A DNA stretch of 64,000 nucleotides from Candidatus Lustribacter sp. (GTDB lineage Bacteria; Vulcanimicrobiota; Vulcanimicrobiia; Vulcanimicrobiales; Vulcanimicrobiaceae): NCBI GenBank assembly GCA_965277805.1, contig OZ255842.1, positions 2,720,001-2,784,000 on the forward strand, read 5' to 3'. This document shows positions 26,951-36,965 of this stretch, piece after piece. Made by a program: the position numbers and the translations under genes. Position 1 is the stretch's first letter. Each line of letters begins with the position of its first letter. The notes under the pieces were generated by a model, which worked only from the letters and a program-made list of their open reading frames with translations, was not told the origin of the DNA and searched no databases.

Positions 26951-28408
26951 TTGGCTGTCGTGGCCTATGCCGGAGTACCGGTTCATGCGCTCCGTCTGGC
27001 GGCCTGTTTGGTGGCCGTTGGCCTCGTCATGTCCGGGTGCGCGGGTAGCGGAAGCAGCACGAAGCAAACCCCCGCCGTTGTCGTGCCGACCGCCGGCGCC
27101 GCGCCGCAAGCAAAGCTCGGCCAAGCCTCGATCACGATCACGGTTCCACAAGCAGCGACGGGTGCGGCGGCGGCGCGCCGGCCGGCCTTCATTTCGGCGA
27201 GCGCGCAATCGCTTTCGATCTCGAGCTACGCGGTGTCCGGCGGCGTACCATACGGACCGGCACTCGCGACGAGCAATCAGAACCTCGTTTCGACCGCACC
27301 CGGCTGCACCGGCAGCGGTCCGCTCCAGTGCACGGTCACGGTCGCCGCACCGATCGGTCAAGCCGGCTTCAGCGTCACGATCTACCAAGGCCTCAATCAG
27401 ACGGGCGCGACGCTGTCGTCGTTGCCGCAGTCGCCGGCGACGGTGTTCACCATCGCCGAGGGACAAACGAACGTCGTTCTGCCGCTGATCCTCAACGGCG
27501 TCCCGGCGTCGGTCGTCGTTGCACCGCAAGTCACCAGCGTGAACGGCGGCGTTTCCACGACCATTCCGGTTTCGGTCGTCGTGGAGGATGCCGGCGGAAA
27601 TATTATCGTAGGGCCGGGCGCCTACGCGAATCCGATCACGTTGACGAACACCGACGGTTCCGGCACGACGACACTCTCGACCACCACGCTCACCGCTCCC
27701 GGTCAAATCGTGACGCTGACCTACAACGGCGGCTACTTCGCATCGCCGCTGACCCTGAGCGCAACGGTGAGCGGCGCGACGGTTACGCCGGCCTCCATCA
27801 CAGAGATTCCGGGGGCGCTCGTCGTCGGGTGCTCGAGCGGCTGCGGCGCCGCGAACGGCAGCACACCCAATCCGGTTGCGATCAGCGAGGGCGGCTACGG
27901 CAGCGGCACGTTCACGCTCAGCGGCGGCGGCACGTCGTGTAACTTCGATCCGGCGACGAGCATTACCGCGAGCAACGGCAGCGCCAGCGTAAACGTCTAC
28001 GGCGATCCCGCGGGCGGCACGTGTACGCTCTCCGTCACCGATTCGCACGCGCAAAATCTCACGGCGACGCTATCGTATCCGAGCGCCGGAACGCCGACGG
28101 TCGTTTCCTCCTGTAGCGGCTCGCTGCCCAAGCCCGCCGATCCGTTCGGCGGCACGCTCTATGTTGAGAGTTGCTCCACCGGCGTGCAGTACGGCAGCTA
28201 CCTTGCGGTCCCGCTGGATTCGACCAACAATCCGCCCAGCTCGTTCGTCATCGCGATCTACGCCAACGTGAATCAACCGCCGGTGTATTCGTTCGTGAAC
28301 AACACCAATCGCTATGAAACCGGAGCGTCGATCTCGGCGCCGAACGTCGTTTGGGCCGGTCAGTACGGCAACACGTTCGTCAACTTCTCCCAGCTGATCC
28401 CGCCGTAG
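26951..28408 (+). CDS. Putative surface lipoprotein with beta-rich (Ig-like) domains
   Basis: Hydrophobic stretch ending VMSGC (lipobox-like); Thr/Ser/Gly-rich beta pattern with paired Cys; start uncertain. Confidence 0.65.
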   Translation: MAVVAYAGVPVHALRLAACLVAVGLVMSGCAGSGSSTKQTPAVVVPTAGAAPQAKLGQASITITVPQAATGAAAARRPAFISASAQSLSISSYAVSGGVPYGPALATSNQNLVSTAPGCTGSGPLQCTVTVAAPIGQAGFSVTIYQGLNQTGATLSSLPQSPATVFTIAEGQTNVVLPLILNGVPASVVVAPQVTSVNGGVSTTIPVSVVVEDAGGNIIVGPGAYANPITLTNTDGSGTTTLSTTTLTAPGQIVTLTYNGGYFASPLTLSATVSGATVTPASITEIPGALVVGCSSGCGAANGSTPNPVAISEGGYGSGTFTLSGGGTSCNFDPATSITASNGSASVNVYGDPAGGTCTLSVTDSHAQNLTATLSYPSAGTPTVVSSCSGSLPKPADPFGGTLYVESCSTGVQYGSYLAVPLDSTNNPPSSFVIAIYANVNQPPVYSFVNNTNRYETGASISAPNVVWAGQYGNTFVNFSQLIPP

Positions 28409-28425
28409 GATCAGCCGGGGATCGT

Positions 28426-28962
28426 TCAGGCCGGTAAACTTCGCGCGCGGAACGCGAGCGCGATCATCGTTGCGCCGATGACGAAACCGTAGATCGCGAT
28501 CATCAGCACGATGTAGACGAGGCCCGTCGCCGGCGCGAAGAGCACGATGAATCCGAAGATCACCGAGACGACGCCGTAAAGTATGTAGAGCCATTCACCG
28601 GGGACGTGCGCGCGCACGCGAAACGCCGTTACGATCGCCAGCACGCCGGTGATGATGGCCCAATAGCCCACCAGGTATGCGAGCGTCAGCGCGCTGAGTC
28701 CGGGCCATGCGAAGATGGCAAGGCCGACCACGACGCCCAAGATGCCCTCGAGCAGCAATACCCACCAGTGCGCGTCGGAGCGCATGATGCTGAATGATTT
28801 CCAGATCGCAACGACGCCGTCGACGATAAGATAGGCGCCGATCAGCAAGACCGCGACGGCCAGCGTCGCGCCCGGAAAGATCAGCGCCAACACGCCCAAC
28901 GCAAGTCCGAACAATCCGCGGATGAGAAAAAGCCACCAATAGCTGCGAAGTTGGCTAACCAT
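28426..28962 (-). CDS. HdeD/DUF308 family membrane protein
   Basis: WWLFLIRGL..LALIFPGAT, WWVLLLEG, WAIITG, GEW; GGAGG RBS. Confidence 0.88.
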   Translation of the reverse strand: MVSQLRSYWWLFLIRGLFGLALGVLALIFPGATLAVAVLLIGAYLIVDGVVAIWKSFSIMRSDAHWWVLLLEGILGVVVGLAIFAWPGLSALTLAYLVGYWAIITGVLAIVTAFRVRAHVPGEWLYILYGVVSVIFGFIVLFAPATGLVYIVLMIAIYGFVIGATMIALAFRARSLPA

Positions 28963-29002
28963 GTAAAAGCCCTCCAAGCTCGAGCAGATGGCCGAGCCTT
29001 TG

Positions 29003-30454
29003 CTACATACCCGGCAAAACCCGCCGCGAAGCCGGCAGCGCGTCGTCCAGCTGCGTCACGTAAAACGTCGCTTCCGGCTCGCCCGCAAAGCGATAATCGA
29101 GCCGGCGGGCCGTGCCCACGTGAGCGTACGCTGTATATAGATATGTGGGAATGTCGAACGGCGCGCCCGTATTCGTTGCGGGCAGCACGAGCTCGGCATG
29201 TTGCGGGACGGCGGCCGGACGATACCAGCGCATCCACTGCGCGAGTTGTCCCCGCTGAACGACGATGTACGATGGGATCCCATACCAGAGCAGCTCGGAC
29301 GAGGTCTCGTAGCGATCGGTATAGATCGTCACACCACGTGCCGCATCGGCGCGCAGATCATCCGCCAGCGGACGAAACGCATACATGCCCGACGCGAACT
29401 GCCGCCGCAGCGACGGCGCGGCATGGAAGGCCGCTGCCTGCGCCCGCTCGGGCAGCGCCAGAAAGATCGCCGGGACGGTCGCCACGGCCGTGCCGATGCC
29501 GAGCATCGTCAACGCGATGCTCCGGCAGAGCACGCTCGTTCGAGCGAGGACCGCACCGCAACCGATCGCCAGGGACGCTGCCGGACCGAGGATCCAATAC
29601 GTTTCGGTTTGCGTTGCGACCGAGAGCGCGAACAGAATGATCGGCAGCGGCAGCGCGGTCCACGCAACGAGCGGCAGCGCCGGAGCGCGCCGCAAGGCGA
29701 CGAACCACGTCAACCCGACGATCAGCAGCCCGTAGAGCAGCGTGCGCAAAGTGATGACGTTGAACAACATCGCGAGGCCGAACGTCATCGATTGACGGTG
29801 CACGAATTCAAACGCAAACGTCTCCCACCCGACCGACGCGTTCCACACCAGAAACGGAATGTACGCGACGACTGCGATCGCGCATGCGACGGCAACGGGC
29901 CGCAGCAGATCGCGCCGCGTCACGATCGCCCACGCGGCGATGCCGAATACGAGCGCCCAGCCGAACGTGCGCGAATAGACGCACGCCGCGAGCGCGGCAC
30001 CCAGGCCGAGCACGGCTTGCGGCGAGGCTCGCCGGCCGACTGCGGCTGCAGCCCACAGCGCGAACGCCCACGACGTGATGTACGCGCCGTCCGGAATGCA
30101 CTCCGCGAACTCGAGTTTCGTTTGCGGGATCAGCGCGAAGACGATCGCCGCGTAGGCGCCCGCACGCGAACTGCCGGTGAGGATCTTCGCTGCCATCCCG
30201 GCGGCGAGCGCCGCCAGTGCCTCGGCGATGATGAACGGCAAACGCACGGCGCCATAGCTATGGCCGAAGAGCGCGCCCAGAGCGATCAGCCACGCAACCA
30301 TCGGCGGATGGTCGGTATAGCCGAACGACGGATGAAGGCTCCAAGTCCAGTAATAGGCTTCGTCCAGGGTCAAGGGAAAGTTGAACGCGGCATAGGCGCG
30401 AAGGAGAGACAAGATGGCAACCAGCACCACCGCTCCCAAAACCGGTCGGGACAT
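29003..30454 (-). CDS. ArnT/PMT (GT-C fold, GT39/GT83-like) membrane glycosyltransferase
   Basis: LDEAYYWTWS..PSFGYTDHPPMVAWLI, PD, PFLVWNA; many TM segments. Confidence 0.85.
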   Translation of the reverse strand: MSRPVLGAVVLVAILSLLRAYAAFNFPLTLDEAYYWTWSLHPSFGYTDHPPMVAWLIALGALFGHSYGAVRLPFIIAEALAALAAGMAAKILTGSSRAGAYAAIVFALIPQTKLEFAECIPDGAYITSWAFALWAAAAVGRRASPQAVLGLGAALAACVYSRTFGWALVFGIAAWAIVTRRDLLRPVAVACAIAVVAYIPFLVWNASVGWETFAFEFVHRQSMTFGLAMLFNVITLRTLLYGLLIVGLTWFVALRRAPALPLVAWTALPLPIILFALSVATQTETYWILGPAASLAIGCGAVLARTSVLCRSIALTMLGIGTAVATVPAIFLALPERAQAAAFHAAPSLRRQFASGMYAFRPLADDLRADAARGVTIYTDRYETSSELLWYGIPSYIVVQRGQLAQWMRWYRPAAVPQHAELVLPATNTGAPFDIPTYLYTAYAHVGTARRLDYRFAGEPEATFYVTQLDDALPASRRVLPGM

Positions 30455-30719
30455 CAGCAAGCGCGTTCTGCTCGCGCTCTTGGTCGCCTTCGCTATCGTG
30501 CCGGCGGCCGCGCCCGCGCTCGCGCAAACGGCACCAACCCCGGTTCCGATTCCGGTGCAGCCCGCACCGAGCGCGATGGGCTACTACATGATGCAGGGCA
30601 ATCGCATCGTGGGCGGCCCGTATAGCAGCGGCCCGGCGTGCATGAAGGCCGTCGCTGAATTGATGAAATCACTGCCCGCCAACATCGCGCCGATCGTCTG
30701 CGCGCACCGCAAGCCCTAG
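30414..30719 (+). CDS. Small secreted hypothetical protein with two Cys
   Basis: KR-hydrophobic-ALA signal, Pro-rich linker, GPYSSGPAC...VC; ends 7 nt before the next gene. Confidence 0.6.
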   Translation: MATSTTAPKTGRDISKRVLLALLVAFAIVPAAAPALAQTAPTPVPIPVQPAPSAMGYYMMQGNRIVGGPYSSGPACMKAVAELMKSLPANIAPIVCAHRKP

Positions 30720-30726
30720 GAGACCT

Positions 30727-31701
30727 ATGCGTCAACGAACGTTTTTCGCGCGGCTGCTTATCGTGGCCGCTGCGCTTGTATGTAACGGCGTCTCCGTTCA
30801 AGGCGCCGACGTCCCGGGACTCACGACGATCCGCATCGTCGACGCCGGACAAGACGTGGACGCGGAAGCGTTTTACGCGCAAGACCTCGGCATCTTCAAG
30901 AAGTACGGCATCAACGCCGAGATCACGCTCTTGCGCAAGGGCGGCGGCGCGGCGGCCGTGGCTGCGGTTGCCGGCGGCTCCGCCGACATCGGCGAAGGCG
31001 ACCTCGTGTCGGCTGCCAACGCGCATCAGCGCGGCATTCCGATCGTGCTGCTCGCACCGTCGGGCATCTTCCGCGCATCGGCGCCGACGACCGAAGTGAT
31101 CGTCGCCAAAGATTCGCCGATCAAGTCGGGCAAGGATCTCGAGGGCAAGTCGATTGCGCTGATCTCACCCGAAGGTCCATCGCGCATCGCCACCAACCTG
31201 TGGCTCGAGAACGCCGGCGCCGCGCTCGACAAGGTCTCGTTCATCGAGCTGCCGGCCGTCGACATGGCCGCCGCCGTCGACCGCGGCACCGTTGCCGCGG
31301 CCGTCATCAACGAGCCGAGCCTCGTTGCATCGCAGAGCTGCTGCCGCGTGCTCGGAAACAATTTCCAGAGCGTCGGCAACACGTGGCAACTGAACGTGTG
31401 GTATTCGTCGGCTGATTGGCTCGCGAAGAACGCAGCCTTGGCGCGGAAGTTCGCGCAGGCGATGCGCGAAGCCGCGGTATGGGCGAACAATCCGGCCAAT
31501 CACGCGAAGTCGGGCGAGATCCTCAACAAGTACACGCCGTTCCCGCCCGAGCTGCTACCGAAGATGAATCGCGCCACGTACGGCGAGACGCTCGATCCGA
31601 AAACGATGCAGCCGATCCTCGACGCCGCGCTCAAGTACAAGGCGCTGCAGACGGCGGTTCAGCCGCAGTCGCTGATCAGTTCGGCCGCGCTAACGCCTTA
31701 A
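30727..31701 (+). CDS. ABC transporter substrate-binding protein, SsuA/NMT1-like
   Basis: AGGAG RBS; GIFKKYGI, DSPIKSGKDLEGK, NEP. Confidence 0.87.
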   Translation: MRQRTFFARLLIVAAALVCNGVSVQGADVPGLTTIRIVDAGQDVDAEAFYAQDLGIFKKYGINAEITLLRKGGGAAAVAAVAGGSADIGEGDLVSAANAHQRGIPIVLLAPSGIFRASAPTTEVIVAKDSPIKSGKDLEGKSIALISPEGPSRIATNLWLENAGAALDKVSFIELPAVDMAAAVDRGTVAAAVINEPSLVASQSCCRVLGNNFQSVGNTWQLNVWYSSADWLAKNAALARKFAQAMREAAVWANNPANHAKSGEILNKYTPFPPELLPKMNRATYGETLDPKTMQPILDAALKYKALQTAVQPQSLISSAALTP

Positions 31702-32646
31702 CGCGGGCAACGCGCGCGCGGCGGGTGACGGCGACGGTGTCGGTCGCACGAGCAAACGCGCTGCGTCGTTGAGATTGAGATTGCCGGGTTGCGTGGTGGT
31801 GTTGGTGTTACCGGAAGTGGAATTCGAATTGGACTGCGGCTGCGGAGAGCCCGGGCCCGAAACGACGCCGATCGCCGTCCCGATGCCGGCCGCGGCTGCA
31901 CCGACCGCGGCCGCGGTGCCGGTGCTCATGCCGGCGATCGTTCCGGTTGAAGCCGGCAGTCCGGCAGCGACCGCCGTCGCGTCCGCGCTCGTCGGTACGC
32001 CGGCCGCGGTAAAGGTGCCGAGTACCGTCGTCGTGATCGCCGACGTCGTGACCACACCGGCCGCGGAGATCGTGGCGATCTGTCCGGTCAGGAGCGAAAT
32101 TTGTCCGTTCGCCGTCGTGATCGTCACGCTGTCCGCGGCGCACGACAGACATGCCACCGTCTCGACGTTGTTTGCGAAAGAGATCAACCCGATGGTGCCG
32201 CGCACTCCGACCGCCGACGTATTCGTGACGAAGCGGTAGTTCGCAACGCCGCCTTGCGGACGCCTAACGTCGAAACGCAGCGCGCCGCCGTTGATCGTGA
32301 TCGTCGATCCCGGACCGGCGGCGCCGGTGTTGAGCGCGCCGACCTTCACCGTCGTGTTCTCACCAAGTGAGATCAGCGAGGAATCGGGCATTGCCAGCAC
32401 CGCCGCCGACTGCGCGCGGGTGCTCGCGAAATCGTCGTCCGGCAGGTCGAACTTCCCGAACACCGGCTTGAAGTCGGTGCCGGCCGCGGCGGTTTGCCAG
32501 CCGATCGTCCCGCGCACGTGCTGCAACTGTTTGCTTTCGCCGGCGGCGCGCGTCATGTGCGGCAAGCCGGCGAAGACGAAGGCCAGGGTGAGCGCAGCCG
32601 CAACGAGGGCGCGCACGGATCCGGATATGCGAAGCAAACGCGGCAT
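31690..32646 (-). CDS. Secreted FecR-domain protein with low-complexity tail
   Basis: Signal peptide; DSSLISLGENT, GALRF, TNTSAVGVRGT. Confidence 0.72.
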   Translation of the reverse strand: MPRLLRISGSVRALVAAALTLAFVFAGLPHMTRAAGESKQLQHVRGTIGWQTAAAGTDFKPVFGKFDLPDDDFASTRAQSAAVLAMPDSSLISLGENTTVKVGALNTGAAGPGSTITINGGALRFDVRRPQGGVANYRFVTNTSAVGVRGTIGLISFANNVETVACLSCAADSVTITTANGQISLLTGQIATISAAGVVTTSAITTTVLGTFTAAGVPTSADATAVAAGLPASTGTIAGMSTGTAAAVGAAAAGIGTAIGVVSGPGSPQPQSNSNSTSGNTNTTTQPGNLNLNDAARLLVRPTPSPSPAARALPALRR

Positions 32647-32768
32647 CAAAAGTACCCCTCGTTCTCGGACGTTGCCAGCATTTTGTAAGGCAAGCGCCTA
32701 CTCCTTCGGCTAAGCGGGGCATCAGGCGCCACAGTAGCGGGTCCGTCGCGGCGAGAACGTGCCTCTCA

Positions 32769-33791
32769 ATGAAATCGCGCCCCCCGCACACTCGCCGGCA
32801 ATTTCTCGCAGCTTCAGCCGCCGCGCTCGGCACGATTGCCGCCGTTCGGGCGCCCGCGCGCGCGGCGACGTGGAACTACCGCTACGCCAGCAATCTCTCG
32901 GTGGACCACCCGCTGAACGTCTATATGCGCCAATGCTGGGACGCCGTGCGGCACGAAACCGGCGGGCGGCTCGACGTCGCGATGTTCCCCAATGGCCAAT
33001 TGGGCGGCGACACCGCGGTGCTTTCGCAACTGCGTTCGGGTGCGGTCCAGTTTTTCTCGCTCGACGGCGGCATTCTGCAAGGGGTCGTTCCGGTTGCCGC
33101 CATCCAGGGGATCGGCTTTGCGTTCAAGGATTCCGCCGACGCATTTCGCGCGCTCGACGGCCCGCTCGGCGACTACGTGCGCAAAGAGATCGCGGCGAAG
33201 GGCCTCTACGTGCATCCCAAGATGTGGGAGAACGGGATGCGTCAGATCACGTCGAGTTCGAAACCGATCCACACCGCCGCCGACCTAGCCAACTTCACGA
33301 TTCGCACGCCGGCCGGCGCGCTGTGGGTCGATCTGTTCAAGTCGTTCGGCGCCTCACCCACGCCGATCAATTTCAACGAAACGTACACCGCGCTGCAAAC
33401 GAAGGTCGTCGACGGCGAAGAGAACCCGTACGCGATCATCGACAGCGCGCACCTCTACGAAGTGCAGCACTACCTCAGCGTGACCAATCACATGTGGTCG
33501 GCCTACCATCTGCTCGGCAACAACGACGCCTGGCAAACCTTGCCGCCCGACGTCCGCGCGATCGTCGATCGCAACCTCACCAGATACGCGCTCCAGCAAC
33601 GGCGCGCGACGGCACTGCGCAATGCCTCGCTCGCCGACCAGCTCGCCCGGCGCGGCATGACCGTTTCCCAAGCCGACACGCGCAGCTTCCGCGCGCGCCT
33701 CGAAACCAGCGGCTTCTACAGCCGCTGGAAAGCCACGTTCGGCACTGCCGCGTGGAGCTTACTCGAAGCCCACACCGGCAAACTCGCCTAG
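32769..33791 (+). CDS. TRAP transporter substrate-binding protein (DctP family) with Tat signal
   Basis: TRRQFL; FPNGQLGGD, WENGMRQIT, YTALQTKVVDGEENP, TNHMW. Confidence 0.92.
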   Translation: MKSRPPHTRRQFLAASAAALGTIAAVRAPARAATWNYRYASNLSVDHPLNVYMRQCWDAVRHETGGRLDVAMFPNGQLGGDTAVLSQLRSGAVQFFSLDGGILQGVVPVAAIQGIGFAFKDSADAFRALDGPLGDYVRKEIAAKGLYVHPKMWENGMRQITSSSKPIHTAADLANFTIRTPAGALWVDLFKSFGASPTPINFNETYTALQTKVVDGEENPYAIIDSAHLYEVQHYLSVTNHMWSAYHLLGNNDAWQTLPPDVRAIVDRNLTRYALQQRRATALRNASLADQLARRGMTVSQADTRSFRARLETSGFYSRWKATFGTAAWSLLEAHTGKLA

Positions 33792-33834
33792 ACTCGCCCT
33801 GTGCAACATGACAGATTTATGGGTGACTGATTTG

Positions 33835-36168
33835 TTAGGGTGGGTTGGTGTCGCCTATGGCGGTGGCTAGGGCGCGGTAGATGTTGAGGCGGCCGCAGCC
33901 TTGACGCGAGTCATGCAGATCGTCGGCGGTCGAGCAGAGGAGCGTCTTCATGGCGCTTGGGTTCTGATAGGTCGAGCCGCTGACGGCGAGGATCAACGCT
34001 GCCGCTCCGGCAACGTGCGGGGTCGCCATCGACGTGCCCGCGATCAGCGTGCGGCAATCGCTAATGCTCGAGGTGTTGAAATCGGGCAAACACTCGCCCG
34101 CGAAGTTCGCGTCCAGCGGCGTCGACGTCCAGATGTTCTCGATCCAATGAAGATCGTCGGCATCGCTATCGCTCGACGGGTCGCCGCCCGGCGCAACGAT
34201 TCCCCACGCTGACGAACTGTGCACGTTCGCGGCCGGCGTTCCGGCCTGCGAGTAGTACGCGACGTACTCGACCGGGTTCGCCGGCGTCGCCGTCGTTGCC
34301 GCACTCGATGTATAGCCGGTCCGCAGCGACGTCCCCGTCGCGGTGCCGTCGGCCAGGCTCGTCGCGCCGGCCGCGATCACGCCCGTATCGCAGCCGGGCG
34401 CCGAAACGCCGCTGGACGAGGGCGCGCCGTTGCCGGATGCTGCGACGACGATCACGAGCGCCGCGATCGCGTCGGCAATAGCAGCGCCCTCAACCGGATC
34501 GGTGTCGTTTCCGCCCGAGTCACAACCGCCGCCGCCGAGGCTCATGCTGACGATGTTGACGTGCTGGTTGTTGACGGCATCTTCGATCGACGATGCGATG
34601 TCGGCCGTATCGGCGGAACACTGCGCGTCGTTGCCGTCGTGCGCGCACGCGTCGTCCGGCGTCGGAAAGACGCGGTAGGCGTAAATCGACGAATTGCCGC
34701 CGGAGCCCGTAAAGCCGAGCGCATTGTTCGAAGCGGCGGCCGCAATGCCCGAGACGTCGGTCCCGTGCCCGTCGGCATCGGTGCTGAAGCTGCCGGACGA
34801 TTGCGACGTTCCGCTTTCGTTGGTGATGAAGCAGTGCTGATAGACGATCTTGCTGCTGAGCTCCGGATGGCTTGCGTCCTCACCCGTATCGATGATCGCA
34901 ATCTTCACCGACGCCGAGCCGAGTGCCGCCGGATTGGCAGTATACGTGGCGCCGGTTTGGCTGTAGCCGTAGGCGTGCTCGAGACCGATCGCGTGCATGT
35001 CCCACTGCCCCGGCACGCTCGAACTTTCGGCGTAGGGCGCGGCTTCGTGGAACGGCGTAAATCCTTGGAAGTACGGATCGTTCGTATACACGGGCGTCGT
35101 GGTGAAGCGATACCGGCGCTGCCCCGTTAGCGCAACGCTTTGCACGCCGTCGCCGGAGCGCAGAACCGCTTCGGCTTGCGCCAAGGATGCGGTCGGCACG
35201 GCGACCACGTGCATCGCGATGTTCCGGTGCACGAAATCGAACGTGTGCAGCACGCTCATTCCGTACTGATGCTCGCGCGACGCAATGGCCACGGCTTGCG
35301 ATTGAGCGCGGCCGCGATCGTAGCTGACCGCGAGCAACGTGGTGGAGGCAGCCGCAACCGATCCGGCATGCAATAGGCGGCGCCGCGTCGCGTCACCGGT
35401 TGCGCTCGTGCGCGCTTCCGATGCCGACGCCGCACCGGTTGCCGGGCACGTGAATGCAGCCGCGACATCGGCGGATGTCGTCGGGGACGGAACGGGTGTG
35501 GGTGTGGGCGTAGGCGCGCGCGTCGGGATCGGCGTCGGGGTCGGGGCGACGAGCGGCTGCGCGGTTGAGAACAGGGCGAACGCGTAGGTCGTCCCGCTCG
35601 CGAACGTGATTGGCCCGGTCGACGGCGCAAAGGTAACCGTCGAGTTGCTGATCGTCGCGGGCCCGGCCAGCGTCGACCAGTTGCCGAGCGTATCGCCCGG
35701 ATTGTAGGCGAGGTACAGGTTTCCCGACGGCAGCGAGAAGCCGGGGGGCAAGATGAACGTGAACGTGGGCCACGCTTGGAACGTCACCGTTGCCGTCATG
35801 GTCAGCGTCACGTACGCCAGCGGCACGAGTGCGCCGCCGATCGCTTTCGGCAAGCGCGCCGACGACTGAACCGCTATGGGGTTCGATGCGCCCAACACGA
35901 GGTTCGCCGTCGCGCTTCCGCCGGTCGTCGGGAAGACGACCGAACCGCCGTAGCCCGATGCGATCGTCGCGAGCGTTGCCGTGACGCTGCTGCCGGTCTG
36001 CACGGAGGCATTCGAGGACGCCGGCGGCGCGGGCGTGGGCGCGGCGGTCGGTGCGGACGCCGTGCTCGGCGTCACAAACGGCGCCGAGCTTCCACCGCCA
36101 CCGCCGCCGCCGCAGGCGCAAAGCAGCGCGCAAACGACAAAAAACCACGCCCCTACATGAAGCCGCAC
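33835..36168 (-). CDS. S8 (subtilisin-like) serine peptidase, lipoprotein
   Basis: LCAC lipobox plus Gly run; triad motifs IAIIDTG, GHGTDVSG, GTSMATPHVAG; AASGN; Pro/Thr linker. Confidence 0.9.
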   Translation of the reverse strand: MRLHVGAWFFVVCALLCACGGGGGGGSSAPFVTPSTASAPTAAPTPAPPASSNASVQTGSSVTATLATIASGYGGSVVFPTTGGSATANLVLGASNPIAVQSSARLPKAIGGALVPLAYVTLTMTATVTFQAWPTFTFILPPGFSLPSGNLYLAYNPGDTLGNWSTLAGPATISNSTVTFAPSTGPITFASGTTYAFALFSTAQPLVAPTPTPIPTRAPTPTPTPVPSPTTSADVAAAFTCPATGAASASEARTSATGDATRRRLLHAGSVAAASTTLLAVSYDRGRAQSQAVAIASREHQYGMSVLHTFDFVHRNIAMHVVAVPTASLAQAEAVLRSGDGVQSVALTGQRRYRFTTTPVYTNDPYFQGFTPFHEAAPYAESSSVPGQWDMHAIGLEHAYGYSQTGATYTANPAALGSASVKIAIIDTGEDASHPELSSKIVYQHCFITNESGTSQSSGSFSTDADGHGTDVSGIAAAASNNALGFTGSGGNSSIYAYRVFPTPDDACAHDGNDAQCSADTADIASSIEDAVNNQHVNIVSMSLGGGGCDSGGNDTDPVEGAAIADAIAALVIVVAASGNGAPSSSGVSAPGCDTGVIAAGATSLADGTATGTSLRTGYTSSAATTATPANPVEYVAYYSQAGTPAANVHSSSAWGIVAPGGDPSSDSDADDLHWIENIWTSTPLDANFAGECLPDFNTSSISDCRTLIAGTSMATPHVAGAAALILAVSGSTYQNPSAMKTLLCSTADDLHDSRQGCGRLNIYRALATAIGDTNPP

Positions 36169-36268
36169 GATAGGGAAGTAGCCACGCTGTCGCAGCTTGT
36201 CCTGCCCAGCCTTTTCCCAGGAAGTATTCGCCTGTTAGACTGCTCGGTAAGCTGGGAAGGGAGGTTGC

Positions 36269-36589
36269 ATGAAAATATCATCCCTCGCTTTGCCCGCGCT
36301 CGGTGGACTGCTCGTCCTTGGCTCGGTCGCCGGAATTCCGGCTCCCGCGAAGGCCGACACTGCAAGCACCGCAGCGATCATTGCCGGCGCGGCCGGCATC
36401 GTCGGTGCCCTACTCTACGACTCCAGCAACCATCCGTATTACGTCCGCAATAATCATCGCTACTACGTCACCCAGCAAGAAGCCCAATACTACCGCGGTC
36501 ACCATCCCGGCAACACGCGCCAAGCCTACGTGCCCGAACGCGAATATCCGGTCGCACGCGACCCCTACCACAACCAGAACCACCGCTAG
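36269..36589 (+). CDS. Small exported hypothetical protein (glycine-zipper-like, Tyr/His/Gln-rich)
   Basis: GGAGG RBS; signal ending PAKA; AAIIAGAAGIVGALL. Confidence 0.7.
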   Translation: MKISSLALPALGGLLVLGSVAGIPAPAKADTASTAAIIAGAAGIVGALLYDSSNHPYYVRNNHRYYVTQQEAQYYRGHHPGNTRQAYVPEREYPVARDPYHNQNHR

Positions 36590-36592
36590 TTC

Positions 36593-36964
36593 TTAGTGCG
36601 TCGTGATCGTGTCCGCATTGAGTGAGTGATCGCTCTGCGCGGACCCGGTTACGTCCACGGTCATTCCCGGCGTCAGCGTCGCGCCGCGCGGATTGATGAC
36701 CGTTCCCTGATGCAAGTGCACGTCGCGGTAGACGTTCGGCGCGGTCTCGAGCTGCAGATCGAAGTGCCGGAAATACGTCACCTTACCATGCGCCGTATTG
36801 CCGTTGGTCGTTTGCAACAGCACGTTGCCGAGCGCATTGAGCACGCTCTGCACGATTGGATTGTTTTGCACCTCGGGCGGGATCGACGGGATCGGCATTG
36901 GGTCGGCAAAGGCTGCGCTCGTCGAGGCAACCAGCAGGGCGATCGTTAGGGCGAGAACGCGCAA
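36593..36964 (-). CDS. Secreted hypothetical protein
   Basis: TTG start 1 nt after the upstream stop; signal ending AFA; VHLHQGTVINPRGATLTPGMTVDVTG. Confidence 0.65.
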   Translation of the reverse strand: MRVLALTIALLVASTSAAFADPMPIPSIPPEVQNNPIVQSVLNALGNVLLQTTNGNTAHGKVTYFRHFDLQLETAPNVYRDVHLHQGTVINPRGATLTPGMTVDVTGSAQSDHSLNADTITTH

Positions 36965-36965
36965 T

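Noticed and set aside
33500-33960. Local composition shift around the DctP/S8 convergent junction
   Set aside because: Short, flips polarity at the junction, and could reflect ordinary 3'-end codon usage; too weak to call by eye.
35480-35550. Short GGGTGT/GGCGTC-type repeats
   Set aside because: They encode the Pro/Thr linker of the S8 protease; not a CRISPR array or mobile repeat.
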